The notes: generated by a model not told the origin, from the letters alone. A DNA stretch of 64,000 nucleotides from an uncultured Anaerolineaceae bacterium (GCA_964532655.1 CAZHMZ010000003.1:8-64007), one strand, 5' to 3'; positions 20,379 to 30,135 are shown, numbered from the stretch's first letter. Program-made: numbers and translations.

Positions 20379-20669
20379 TTATTCTGGCCGGGTTGCCTGC
20401 GGTTTCTTCACCCGGGCGGTCTTGACCATCGACGCCGCCGGACGCAGGGTGGGTCGCCCTGCATTAGGGCTGAGCAGGAGGCTGAGACGGTTCAATGCAT
20501 GCCCATCATAAATACGCGTTCCGCAAATATCGCAAATCCAGGCCGGGAAGTCAGGTACGGTGATCATTTCATCACCCAACCAGGTAATATACGTCACAAA
20601 GCGCCGGTTTAACCGACCCATCTGACATTCCTTACATGTTAATACTGGAGTCCCCTCATTAGCCTGCAT
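20379..20669 (-). CDS. YgiT-type zinc-finger protein with a basic C-terminal tail
   Basis: 96 aa: C-x2-C (CKECQ), a beta segment (FVTYITWLGDEMITVPDFPAWIC), then C-x2-C (CDICG). This is the YgiT/MqsA N-terminal zinc-ribbon pattern. No HTH domain follows. Confidence 0.65.
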   Translation of the reverse strand: MQANEGTPVLTCKECQMGRLNRRFVTYITWLGDEMITVPDFPAWICDICGTRIYDGHALNRLSLLLSPNAGRPTLRPAASMVKTARVKKPQATRPE

Positions 20670-20679
20670 GGTTTCACCT

Positions 20680-21339
20680 TTATTCTTCTACAGCCGCCTG
20701 AACTACTTGGGGTTGTGTTAATAATTTTATCTCATTTATTGGCCAGTATACGCAAATTGCCCGACCAATCATGTTTTCCATGGGGACAAATCCCCATTCA
20801 TGTGAATCGTAAGACGGATTACGGTTATCACCCAGTACAAACAGCGAGTCTGCCGGCACCACCCACTCGCCTTCGTAATCAATGGTGGTAGCCAGGTATG
20901 GTTCAATCAATCTGTGATCGTTGACATACACTTCGCCGCCTTCGATCCGTACAGTATCACCTTCAATCCCGATTACGCGCTTGATGTAATCTTCCGTGGG
21001 GTTCTGCGGGAAGTGAAACACCACCACATCACCGGTTTCAAGACCGGTAAACTTGTAGATTACCCGATCCACCAGCAGAAATTCGCCTGCGACCAGAGTG
21101 GGTTGCATGCTGATGTTATCCACCCGCACCCGTCCCACCACGGCATCGATCAGGAAGTACAGAATGAGAGCCAGAACCACCGTTTGCAGCGTTTCCAGTA
21201 CAATCGCTTTGGTTCCCCATTCTTTTTCCTTTGGAGAGTCCTGCGGCGCAGGGATTTGTGTAAGGCCGTTTTCGTTATTTAACTGATCAGACAGACCGTT
21301 CCGGTCTGTGCTGGTATCGTCATCGAATCGATTATCCAA
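20680..21339 (-). CDS. lepB: Signal peptidase I
   Basis: 219 aa with S26 motifs SMQPTL, the catalytic Lys region (YIKRVIG) and GDNRNPSYDSH. Confidence 0.9.
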   Translation of the reverse strand: MDNRFDDDTSTDRNGLSDQLNNENGLTQIPAPQDSPKEKEWGTKAIVLETLQTVVLALILYFLIDAVVGRVRVDNISMQPTLVAGEFLLVDRVIYKFTGLETGDVVVFHFPQNPTEDYIKRVIGIEGDTVRIEGGEVYVNDHRLIEPYLATTIDYEGEWVVPADSLFVLGDNRNPSYDSHEWGFVPMENMIGRAICVYWPINEIKLLTQPQVVQAAVEE

Positions 21340-21423
21340 TATTGCTCCAATTCATCATATTATCGTCACAATTATAATCTTCTTTCAACGTGATTCAAGA
21401 TTGTTAGAATTGTAAGGTATACG

Positions 21424-21455
21424 CAAAAGGTGCTGCCCTTTTACCTGACAGCACC
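21424..21455 (-). terminator. Rho-independent terminator after der
   Basis: Minus strand reads GGTGCTG-loop-CAGCACC followed by TTTTG. Confidence 0.6.
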
Positions 21456-21477
21456 CTCTTGAGCAAGACCGTTTCCG

Positions 21478-22839
21478 TTATCTGCGTGCTTTAAGCACCA
21501 GGCGGATGGGTGTCCCCAAAAATTCAAATTCCTTGCGGATGCTGTTTTCAAGATAACGAATATACGAAAAATGCGCCAGCTTGGGGTCATTCACATGGAT
21601 TAGGAAAGTAGGCGGATTGCTGCGCACCTGGTTGGCATAGTAAATCTTGAGCTGCTGGTTGCCGCGGCTCGGGGAGGCGTGCCGCTCCTGGGCGTTTTGC
21701 AGAATGCGATTGAGCTGCCCGGTGGTGATACGGGCTATCCGCTCTTCCTGCACGCGCAGCGCCATGGGCAGCACCTGCTCCACCCGTTGGCCGGTTTTGG
21801 CCGATATATACAGGATGGGCACATAGCTCATGAAGTTCAAATCCCGCCGGATCGTCTCATTGAACTGGTTCATGGTGTGATTGTCTTTGACAATCAAATC
21901 CCACTTGTTCACCACTACCACGGTACTTTTCCACTCCTGCAGAATATATCCGGCAATGTGAGCGTCCTGGGCTGAGATACCGCTTTTCGCATCGATCACC
22001 AACAGGGCTACGTCACAGCGTTCGATGGCCTGCATGGCGCGGATCACGCTGAACTTTTCAACGCCCACCTCAATTTTTCCCCGTCGGCGGATACCGGCAG
22101 TGTCAATCAAAGTGATGGGAATATCCTGAAAGGTGATTTTGGTATCCACCGCATCACGGGTTGTGCCGGCAATCGGGCTGACAATGGAACGATCTTCGCC
22201 GATCATACGGTTCAGCAGGCTTGATTTGCCCACGTTTGGCTTTCCAACAATGGCAACCTTGACCGAATCATCATCTTCCTCTTCTACGTCCGGGAAGACG
22301 GCCACCAGATCATCCAATAAATCACCGGTTTCGGTGCCGTGCAGGGCTGAAATGGAGTACGGATCACCCAGGCCCATCTCATAGAACTGCGGGGTCATCT
22401 TTCTCAGCCGTTCATTATCCGTTTTATTCACCACCAGAAAAATGGGTGGAAACGGCTTCCCCTCTTCATCAATAAGCTGATTCTTTCTCAGGATATTGGC
22501 CACTTCAGTATCAGCCGGGGTGACTCCCGCGTCGGCATCCACCAGAAACAGGATCACATCCGCTTCCTGAATGGCAATCAACGCCTGGCTGCGGATCTGG
22601 CTGATGAAGTCGGAGGAACCAATCGACAGCGGTTTATCGCCCCCCATGGAGGGATCAATACCACCGGTATCCACTACGTTGAACAATCGTCCATTCCATT
22701 CAGCCTCCGCCATCAACCGGTCACGCGTTGTACCGGGCACATCATCCACAATCGCCATCCGCTCCCCTACCAGACGGTTGAAGAGAGTGCTTTTTCCTAC
22801 ATTAGGTCTACCAACAAGAGCAACAACAGGTTTTTTCAT
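21478..22839 (-). CDS. der: Ribosome-associated GTPase Der/EngA
   Basis: 453 aa with two G-domains (GRPNVGKSTLFNRL; GKPNVGKSSLLNRM) and a KH-like C-terminus. Confidence 0.95.
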   Translation of the reverse strand: MKKPVVALVGRPNVGKSTLFNRLVGERMAIVDDVPGTTRDRLMAEAEWNGRLFNVVDTGGIDPSMGGDKPLSIGSSDFISQIRSQALIAIQEADVILFLVDADAGVTPADTEVANILRKNQLIDEEGKPFPPIFLVVNKTDNERLRKMTPQFYEMGLGDPYSISALHGTETGDLLDDLVAVFPDVEEEDDDSVKVAIVGKPNVGKSSLLNRMIGEDRSIVSPIAGTTRDAVDTKITFQDIPITLIDTAGIRRRGKIEVGVEKFSVIRAMQAIERCDVALLVIDAKSGISAQDAHIAGYILQEWKSTVVVVNKWDLIVKDNHTMNQFNETIRRDLNFMSYVPILYISAKTGQRVEQVLPMALRVQEERIARITTGQLNRILQNAQERHASPSRGNQQLKIYYANQVRSNPPTFLIHVNDPKLAHFSYIRYLENSIRKEFEFLGTPIRLVLKARR

Positions 22840-22851
22840 ATCTTTCTACTT

Positions 22852-24138
22852 TTATGGGAGCGGAGTTGATGCCCCGCTGGTACCGGTTGGCGGCGGGGTG
22901 ATGGTTGCACGCCCGGGAGCGATGCTCACCTCGATCGAACCGGGTAAGATGGATTGGACCACAATATCTTCCAGATTAATCTCAATAATCGGGGTACGCT
23001 GATACACACCTGCGCTCAGCCCTTCCAGGTTGATGGTCACCCGGATGTCGGTGGTGCGCAGGGCATCCAATACCGGCAGCGGACCGGAAAGGATCACATC
23101 GACTGTCTGCGGTGAAAATTCGGCGATCAGACCTGGCCCCAGATCCTCAGAAATAACCCGCATATCTTCCAGGGTGATACTGCCTTCAATAGCAGCCACG
23201 CCCACCTGCACTTCAACCTGTTGATACCCTACCGCCGATACATCCGCCGGCAAATTGAGCGACAGAGAAATATCTCGGTCGTCTTTTAATCCGTTCAGAT
23301 CCAGCGGCAGCGTTTCCACATACCCGGGCAAGCTGTCCACCAGACCTGGATCGTTAGAAAATACCGTCACCGCTGCCGGGAACACCGAAATATTGGTGAC
23401 GCGGTAACCGCTGGCAACCTGCCCGGTGGTGACCACTTTGACCACCACATTGCGATACCCACCCAACTGTGTGACATCCTGATTCACCTGAACAGTTTGA
23501 GGATTGATGTTCACACCTTCGATGGTCTGCGCGTTGTTATTGACTGCCTGAAGTTCGATCACCCGGCTGATGTTTTCCGCGGCTCCATCCACATCCAGAA
23601 CAGCGCGTAGCTCGTTGATCTGATCCACCAGCACGGCCGGGCCGGATACGGTTGCCTCGGAAATATCGGCCTGAGCGGTGTCAGCCCGGAACCCGATAGC
23701 TGGGGTTCCACGTACCACCACGCGCACCGGCAGCGCTTTGCTCACAACCCGGTCCAGGTTGATGGTGATGGTAGACGGTGTATAACTGACCACTTTGACA
23801 GGGATGATACCGATCTGTATGCGGGTTTCCACTTCATGCTCACCCGGTCCCAGATCAGACAGATCCACCAGGGCTCTGACCAGAGAGGGATTGTTCTCCA
23901 GTTGGTTCCAGATGGACTGCGGCGCGCTCAACGTCATGGTGAGTTGTTCGGCCGAGCGGTCTACAATCACCAAACTGGCATCCTTACCGATAAATTCAAT
24001 CGGAACAGGACGCGCATACTCCTGCTCAACGGTGGGATCAGAATCGGAAACGGCGAAAATCCATACCGCAATGGAAAGGACTAACGCCAGGATCAGGTTG
24101 GGAATATTCTTCACAATCACAGCCAGCAGATTCTTCAC
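22852..24138 (-). CDS. cdaR: YbbR-domain protein (CdaR-like regulator of diadenylate cyclase)
   Basis: 428 aa with an N-terminal TM segment and repeated YbbR-like beta modules. Its start directly abuts the cdaA stop. Confidence 0.8.
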   Translation of the reverse strand: MKNLLAVIVKNIPNLILALVLSIAVWIFAVSDSDPTVEQEYARPVPIEFIGKDASLVIVDRSAEQLTMTLSAPQSIWNQLENNPSLVRALVDLSDLGPGEHEVETRIQIGIIPVKVVSYTPSTITINLDRVVSKALPVRVVVRGTPAIGFRADTAQADISEATVSGPAVLVDQINELRAVLDVDGAAENISRVIELQAVNNNAQTIEGVNINPQTVQVNQDVTQLGGYRNVVVKVVTTGQVASGYRVTNISVFPAAVTVFSNDPGLVDSLPGYVETLPLDLNGLKDDRDISLSLNLPADVSAVGYQQVEVQVGVAAIEGSITLEDMRVISEDLGPGLIAEFSPQTVDVILSGPLPVLDALRTTDIRVTINLEGLSAGVYQRTPIIEINLEDIVVQSILPGSIEVSIAPGRATITPPPTGTSGASTPLP

Positions 24139-25044
24139 CTAACCATCCCCCTTCTTTTTTGGATCCGGCAGACCGATAAACTCACGGATGGCTTTCACAG
24201 CACTGGGCGGGCCTTCAGGGTTGCGGTAGAAAGCAAACAGGATGTTTTCCAGGCGTTCGCTGTCCAGCCGCCGTATCATCCGCCCGCCATGTGCGATGGA
24301 GATGGAACCGGTCTCTTCAGAAACCACCACCACAATGGCATCACTGGCCTCCGAAATACCCAGGGCGGCACGGTGACGCAAACCCATTTGCCGCTCGGGT
24401 GAGCGATTGAGAATACCGCTGGCGGAAAGTGGCATCACACAGGCTGCCGCGGTAATTTTTCCATCAATGATCACCACTGCCCCATCGTGCAGCGGGGTGT
24501 TGGGATAGAAAATTTGCAGCAATGTTTCGGGGGTCACCACCGCGTTGAGGATCACGCCTGTTTGGGTGTAATCTTTTAGGCTGTCTTTCCGTTGTAGCAC
24601 AATCAACGCGCCGTGGCGCCGGGCCGATAAACGCGCGCTGGCTGTGATGATGGCTTCAAGCGAGGATTCCATTACCTTCATCTGATTGCGTTGGCTGCTC
24701 CAGAAGAAATCGGTGGAACCGGCCCGCCCCAGGCGCTCAAGTGCGCGGCGAATTTCCGGCGCAAAGATAACCGGGATGGCCAGCAGCAACGCGGGCAGGG
24801 TGGTTCGCAGCAGCCAGGAAAACGCCGGCAGGTTGATCAGCGTGGTAAGCAGTGAAAGGATCAGTATCACCAGAAATACGCCGCGCAGCAGTACCACGGC
24901 TTGGGTATCGCGTACCATGATTAGAACCACAAAAATGACCAACGCTACCAGAACAATATCCAGCACACTGTTCCAGGTTAAGCGTTGGAACAGAAAGAGC
25001 AGGTCATTGAAGAGATCGGTTAAGAAGGTTTCCATGATACCCAA
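24139..25044 (-). CDS. cdaA: Membrane-bound diadenylate cyclase (c-di-AMP synthase)
   Basis: 301 aa with three N-terminal TM helices and a DAC domain (HDGAVVI, RHRAALGISEASDAIVVVVSEETG). Confidence 0.9.
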   Translation of the reverse strand: MGIMETFLTDLFNDLLFLFQRLTWNSVLDIVLVALVIFVVLIMVRDTQAVVLLRGVFLVILILSLLTTLINLPAFSWLLRTTLPALLLAIPVIFAPEIRRALERLGRAGSTDFFWSSQRNQMKVMESSLEAIITASARLSARRHGALIVLQRKDSLKDYTQTGVILNAVVTPETLLQIFYPNTPLHDGAVVIIDGKITAAACVMPLSASGILNRSPERQMGLRHRAALGISEASDAIVVVVSEETGSISIAHGGRMIRRLDSERLENILFAFYRNPEGPPSAVKAIREFIGLPDPKKKGDG

Positions 25045-25204
25045 TTACCGGCAAAGAATAATTCATGCGACTGGCGGTCTTGCGGTATGTTACCGCCTGC
25101 TGCCAAAAGGATTCCCTTTTGGGTAGAAAATGAACTGGTGCAAGATGCAGTCCACGTGACTGCTGCCGCGAACTTTGACTTATTGCGGCAGATCGTTGAC
25201 AGGT

Positions 25205-25921
25205 TTACCCCTCATGTTTTGTGATCGCGTCGATCGCAGTGTCCTGAAAAGCGGCGCATAATTCCTTTTCAGGAAGCAATTTCTGCCAGGCCTGTTTCAC
25301 CTGCTGCCAGGTTTCATCCAACGTGCCGTGGTTGTCGATCACCACGTCAGCGTACCTGAGCTTCTCTTCCTGCGGAGGCTGAGCCTGAATTCGCTGCAAG
25401 GCATCCGACTCGGTCATTTTTCGCTGCACCACCAGACGGTTCAATTGCGTTTGCTGATCCGCGGTCACCACCCAGATGCTGTCACAGTCCCGGCCCAGAT
25501 ACCCTTCGATCAGTTTGATCGCCTCGATCACCACCACAGGCCTGGATGAGCAGTTGATCAGCAAATCGACGGCTTCGGAGACCCTCGGATGAATAATCTT
25601 CTCCAGCACCTGCAGCGCTTCCGTGTTGGAAAAGACAATTTTCCCCAACTCCCTGCGGTCAATATCGCCGGCCGGTGTCAGAATCGCGTAGCCAAAGTAT
25701 TCTACCACCGGAAGATAACCGCTGGAGCCTTTCTCGATGATGCCATGCGAAACCGCATCGGCGTCGATCCCAAGCGCACCCAGATGTTCCAGCATCAGGC
25801 GGACAACACTTTTTCCGGTTCCAATATTCCCGGTTAATCCGATGACGGTTTTTCCAGCCCAGCGTTTTACATTGTTTTTCAAGGCGATCCTGTCTTTTTG
25901 CGAACCAGTCTTTCCTTTCAA
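25205..25921 (-). CDS. coaE: Dephospho-CoA kinase
   Basis: P-loop IGLTGNIGTGKSVV. The ORF-track start is a TTG, so the true start is uncertain and may be downstream. Confidence 0.8.
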   Translation of the reverse strand: MKGKTGSQKDRIALKNNVKRWAGKTVIGLTGNIGTGKSVVRLMLEHLGALGIDADAVSHGIIEKGSSGYLPVVEYFGYAILTPAGDIDRRELGKIVFSNTEALQVLEKIIHPRVSEAVDLLINCSSRPVVVIEAIKLIEGYLGRDCDSIWVVTADQQTQLNRLVVQRKMTESDALQRIQAQPPQEEKLRYADVVIDNHGTLDETWQQVKQAWQKLLPEKELCAAFQDTAIDAITKHEG

Positions 25922-26000
25922 TTTTATTCTCCGCCTGTGAGAATGTCAAACCCGAGGCGAAAACGGGGAGCATATTTTCCTTTCGAAATGGCGATAGGGG

Positions 26001-26030
26001 AAAAAACTCCCCATCCGTATGGATGGGGAG
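26001..26030 (-). terminator. Rho-independent terminator after the SBP gene (first copy of a duplicated hairpin)
   Basis: Minus strand reads CTCCCCATCC-atac-GGATGGGGAG followed by TTTTTT. Confidence 0.7.
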
Positions 26031-26067
26031 CAATGGGACTCCTGTTTTGGCCTTGAGAGGGCCACGT

Positions 26068-26096
26068 CCTCCCACCCGTTTGGATGGGGAGCAATG
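26068..26096 (-). repeat. Second, imperfect copy of the hairpin repeat (CATTGCTCCCCATCCAAACGGGTGGGAGG), no U-tract
   Basis: It shares CATTGCTCCCCATCCA.ACGG.TGGG with the copy at 26007-26035, about 62 bp away. Confidence 0.7.
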
Positions 26097-26126
26097 ATTT
26101 TCGTATTGCTGATTTTTCTGTACAGA

Positions 26127-27776
26127 TTACTGCGACAGCCAGACGTTGTTCACTGAGGTAACCACCTTCAACCACCACATTGTGATCGACCAGTCGTTCA
26201 CTTTTGAGGAGGTAATTTCATACCCCACCGCGAAGCCCATCGGGATATCAGAATAATCTTCATAAATCTTGCGTGTGGCGCTTTGCAGGGTAGTCTGGCG
26301 CTCGTCCTTGTCGACGATGGTGTTGGCCGAATCCAGTAGATCAAACACTTCCTGGTTCGCGAAACCCCAGGCGGGGGCCATGCCGGTCGACCCGTAGAAG
26401 CTGTTCAAGCCGCCCTCACCGCAGAAGCCGGACCACATCATGAGCGGTTTCTGGGTATCGGCGCCCATGGCATCTTCAATCCAGGTACCGAATTCCACTT
26501 CCATCATGTTGATATCAAAACCGGCCTGCTCAAGCTGGGTGGTGGCCGCGGTCGCCAAACTGGGAGCAGGTGTCAGGTTCCACACCTCGAAATCAAGCAC
26601 CAGCGGGGTGCCGTCTTTTTCCCAGATGCCATCGGCATTCTTAGCCCAACCGGCTTCCGTCATCAACTGATCCGTCTTGGCGGTGTCAAAAGCGTACAGT
26701 TCGCACAGGGTCGAATCGTATCCGGGCACACCGGGGCCAGCGATGCCGCAGCCTTCCACATACATGCCGCCAAACTCATTGTGCATAATGGCCGTTCCAT
26801 CCACAGCACGAGAGATGGCCTCACGCACCTTTACATCCTGCAGCAGCGGGTTCTTCTGGTCAAACTGGATATGATAGGAGTACGGGCAGTTCCCCGGATA
26901 GATCTTATAGTCAGGGTTATCCTGGAAACGCGCAAACTCGGCAGCCGGTAGGTACATATGGTGAATGTCGCCCGCTTCCAGCGAGATCAACTGTGTGGCT
27001 TCATCCGGGATGATCTTGAACCGGACTTCATCCAGATTCGGCTCGTACACGTAGTCTTCATTCTTCCGCAGGGTCACATGATCATCGGCCACATACTCCA
27101 CAAACTCAAATGGGCCGCCCCCGATGGGGTTCAAACCCCAGGTATCGCCGCGTGCATCCACGGCTTCTTTGGGCAGAATAGCCGCCGAGCTAAGACCGCG
27201 CCCTGCAGCGAACAGAATGGCATCCGGCTGGCTGAGGGTGAGTTTGACCGTGTAAGGATCGACTGCCTCGACCGATTCATATGTATTCAGCAGGTCAACA
27301 GAAATGCTGCTGCCCTCAATATTCACCATGCGGTCGATGGAGTAGGCCACATCTTCGGCGGTGATTTCACGTCCCTCGCCCTCGGCGAAGATATCATTGC
27401 CGTCATGGAAGGTCCAACCCTTGTTAAGATGGAAGATAACCACCTTACCATCTTCCTGCAGTTCCCAGGAAGAAGCCAGTTCAGGGATGGGTGTCTCATT
27501 TCCTTCACTATCCTGGGCAACACGGAACAAGAATACATGCACCAGCGAAGCGACGTGGAAAGAAGCATCGTCATTGATAAACGGCGGATCAAACTGCACA
27601 ATGGCCGCTTCCACCAGGTTCAACGTGCCGCCTTTTTGTACCGCGGCTTCGGTCGGCGCTTCGGTGCTTTCAGCCGCCGGTGCTTCTTCAGCGGGAGCTT
27701 CAGCAGGCTGGCAGGCGCTGAGCACAAAAATGAACACCAGCACCAGGCTCAACAAGACAAATCCTTTTTTATTCAT
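26127..27776 (-). CDS. ABC transporter substrate-binding protein, family 5, probable lipoprotein
   Basis: The start MNKKGFVLLSLVLVFIFVLSAC (ATG 27776 after GGAGGA) gives a lipobox, then an AEAPAEEAP linker and an SBP_bac_5-like body. Confidence 0.9.
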   Translation of the reverse strand: MNKKGFVLLSLVLVFIFVLSACQPAEAPAEEAPAAESTEAPTEAAVQKGGTLNLVEAAIVQFDPPFINDDASFHVASLVHVFLFRVAQDSEGNETPIPELASSWELQEDGKVVIFHLNKGWTFHDGNDIFAEGEGREITAEDVAYSIDRMVNIEGSSISVDLLNTYESVEAVDPYTVKLTLSQPDAILFAAGRGLSSAAILPKEAVDARGDTWGLNPIGGGPFEFVEYVADDHVTLRKNEDYVYEPNLDEVRFKIIPDEATQLISLEAGDIHHMYLPAAEFARFQDNPDYKIYPGNCPYSYHIQFDQKNPLLQDVKVREAISRAVDGTAIMHNEFGGMYVEGCGIAGPGVPGYDSTLCELYAFDTAKTDQLMTEAGWAKNADGIWEKDGTPLVLDFEVWNLTPAPSLATAATTQLEQAGFDINMMEVEFGTWIEDAMGADTQKPLMMWSGFCGEGGLNSFYGSTGMAPAWGFANQEVFDLLDSANTIVDKDERQTTLQSATRKIYEDYSDIPMGFAVGYEITSSKVNDWSITMWWLKVVTSVNNVWLSQ

Positions 27777-28071
27777 TATTTCCTCCATAAACAATACTTT
27801 TCAGGCGGACAACACACAACGGTGTCACACACGATATAGCAACACATTTTTCTATTTGTCCTGTGCTCCCTCCTTGTTGATTCCAGCGCTCAGGTCGGCT
27901 CTCACCCCGGCAAACCTGAACACTTAACGCCAATTCAGACCTTATTCACAGGGTTCGCGCCTCCCATACGCAGCTCGCAGACAGCACATGGGAAGGCCTT
28001 CACCCGTGAGGATGGATCGATTGTTAAGATGAAACGGATATCGTTGTACGCTGACAGGTTTCAGCGTAGGG

Positions 28072-28959
28072 CTAAACCTTCAGTACACGCGGGTCAAATG
28101 CATCACGCAGGGCGTCACCCACAAAATTAATGGCCAGTACGGTGATCATGATGGCCAGCCCGGGGGCAAAGGTCATCATGGGTAGGGTGCGCATGTAGGT
28201 GCGCGCCTCTGACAGCATGGCACCCCATTCGGGTGTGGGAGGTTGCGCGCCCATTCCCAAAAAACTGAGAGACGATGCCGCCAGTATGGCCGCCGCGATA
28301 CCAAAGGTGGTTTGAACAATAATGACTCCCAGGGTACTGGGGAGTACATGCCGGAATATGATGCGCCGGTCTTTGCAGCCGATCACGCGGGCGGCCACCA
28401 CAAATTCCTCCTCCTTCAGGGAGAGGAACATACCGCGGATCACGCGCGCATAATCGATCCACACCACCCCGCCCAAAACCAGCATCATGTTGGTGAGGCT
28501 GGGGCCTACAATCGCCACAATCGCGATGGCGAGGATCAGGAAAGGAAAGGCGATCACCACATCGACGACACGCATGATGATGTTATCGACCACTCCCCCA
28601 AAATACCCGGAGATGGCCCCCAGGGTCACTCCCAGCAGCAGGGCAATCCCCTCTACAATAAAGCCCACCGTCAATGATATACGGCTGCCGTAGATCAACC
28701 GGCTGAGCACATCACGGCCCAGCTTGTCGGTGCCCAGCAGGTGTTCGGCAGATGGTGGCTGCAGCGAATTGGTTAAATCCAGTGCGATCGGATCAAAGGG
28801 TGCAAAAAAAGGTGCAAAGATGGCCACAATGACCAGTATGGCTAGAAGTGACATCCCCACCAGCGCGAACTTGTTGTGCACCATCTGGCGCAGTTTGTCC
28901 ACCATGGGGTTGACTGGTTTTAATTCTCTGCCTCTCGTTAATTCTTCCAGGGTTGTCAT
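28072..28959 (-). CDS. ABC transporter permease, DppC/OppC family
   Basis: 295 aa with the pattern LLGTDKLGRDVLSRLIYG and polytopic TM segments. Confidence 0.9.
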   Translation of the reverse strand: MTTLEELTRGRELKPVNPMVDKLRQMVHNKFALVGMSLLAILVIVAIFAPFFAPFDPIALDLTNSLQPPSAEHLLGTDKLGRDVLSRLIYGSRISLTVGFIVEGIALLLGVTLGAISGYFGGVVDNIIMRVVDVVIAFPFLILAIAIVAIVGPSLTNMMLVLGGVVWIDYARVIRGMFLSLKEEEFVVAARVIGCKDRRIIFRHVLPSTLGVIIVQTTFGIAAAILAASSLSFLGMGAQPPTPEWGAMLSEARTYMRTLPMMTFAPGLAIMITVLAINFVGDALRDAFDPRVLKV

Positions 28960-28968
28960 GGGGCTCCT

Positions 28969-29916
28969 TTAGGTATACCGGATGCGCGGATCGAGAACGG
29001 TGTAAAGAATATCCACCAGCAGATTTGCCAGGATGAAGGTGAACGAAAAGATCAGCACCGTTCCCATGATCACCGGATAATCACGACGCCAGATGGCATT
29101 CACCGCCAGGCGCCCAATTCCAGGCCAGGCAAAAATGGTTTCAATGATGATCGCTCCGCCCAGCAGCCCGGCGAACTGCAGCCCCATGATGGTGATGACC
29201 GGGATGAGCGCATTACGGATGGCATGTCGCACCAGTACCGTGCGTGACTTCAACCCTTTGGCGCGCGCCGTGCGGATGTAATCAAGACCCAGCACCTCAA
29301 TCACCGACGAGCGTACCATGCGTGAAACGATACCCATCAAGCCAATAGCCAGTGTCAGCGATGGCAATACCAGATATTCCAGGCGCTGATAAATGGGGCC
29401 GTCCCCTCGGCCTGAGATAGGCAGCCAGCCCAACCACAGGCCAAACACCAGAATGACCATCACCCCAAACCAGAAACTGGGAATGGATACCCCAAACAAC
29501 GCGCCTGCCATTAAAACGTTGTCAAACAATGACCCGCGTTTGATCGCGGCGAAAACCCCCAGTGGCACCGCCACCAATACCGTCATCAGCATGCCCAAGG
29601 CCGCCAGTTCAAGTGTGGCCGGAAAACGCGCCGCTATTTCGTTTAAAACCGGCGTGCGTGAGGTGATGCTTTGGCCCATATTGCCCTGTAAAAGATTGCC
29701 AAGATAGCGTCCATACTGCACCAGAACGGGGTCATTCAAACCCAGTTCCTCACGCAGGCGTTCCACGGTGGCGATATCCATCTCGGAAAGCTTCAGGCCA
29801 TATTGTGAGGTGATTGGATCTCCCGGCGCAAGCTGGATCAGGATGAATACGATCAGACTGATCCCAAGCATTAACAGCGGCAATATCAGCAGCCTACGAA
29901 TGATATAAGTGGTCAT
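28969..29916 (-). CDS. ABC transporter permease, DppB/OppB family
   Basis: 315 aa, MTTYIIRRLLILP..., YIRTARAKGL. Confidence 0.9.
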   Translation of the reverse strand: MTTYIIRRLLILPLLMLGISLIVFILIQLAPGDPITSQYGLKLSEMDIATVERLREELGLNDPVLVQYGRYLGNLLQGNMGQSITSRTPVLNEIAARFPATLELAALGMLMTVLVAVPLGVFAAIKRGSLFDNVLMAGALFGVSIPSFWFGVMVILVFGLWLGWLPISGRGDGPIYQRLEYLVLPSLTLAIGLMGIVSRMVRSSVIEVLGLDYIRTARAKGLKSRTVLVRHAIRNALIPVITIMGLQFAGLLGGAIIIETIFAWPGIGRLAVNAIWRRDYPVIMGTVLIFSFTFILANLLVDILYTVLDPRIRYT

Positions 29917-30057
29917 TCAGTCTCCTACGTATCAGGTCACACAAGCATTGGCTAAACCCCCGTTGCCAATCTCTTCAGATGGATGGAATTATGCGATTAC
30001 CCAATTATATACGATCAATCACGGGTATCCAAGAAAGTTTTAACTGTCAGTTTTGGC

Positions 30058-30088
30058 AAGCCGGAGGAAACACATTCCGGCTTTTTTC
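30058..30088 (+). terminator. Plus-strand-oriented intrinsic terminator with no annotated plus-strand gene upstream
   Basis: AAGCCGGA-ggaaacacat-TCCGGCTT followed by TTTTT on the plus strand. On the minus strand the hairpin is not followed by a U-tract. Confidence 0.5.
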
Positions 30089-30135
30089 TTAACATTTATT
30101 CCTTTACGGCTGGTTTCAGGCCTGGCCGCAGTACA

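Noticed and set aside
20379-20669. Calling the YgiT zinc-finger protein an MqsA antitoxin
   Set aside because: It has no C-terminal HTH domain and no adjacent MqsR-like toxin ORF. Only the zinc-ribbon pattern is shared.
25659-26178. ORFs 25659-26075 and 25924-26178 (minus) spanning the coaE 5' end and the intergenic hairpins
   Set aside because: They run through the terminator hairpins and overlap coaE out of frame. They have no ribosome-binding site and no motifs.
26958-27839. 293-aa plus-strand ORF (and 27361-27927) antisense to the SBP gene
   Set aside because: The minus-strand frame encodes a full-length family-5 SBP with a signal peptide. The plus-strand products have no recognisable features.
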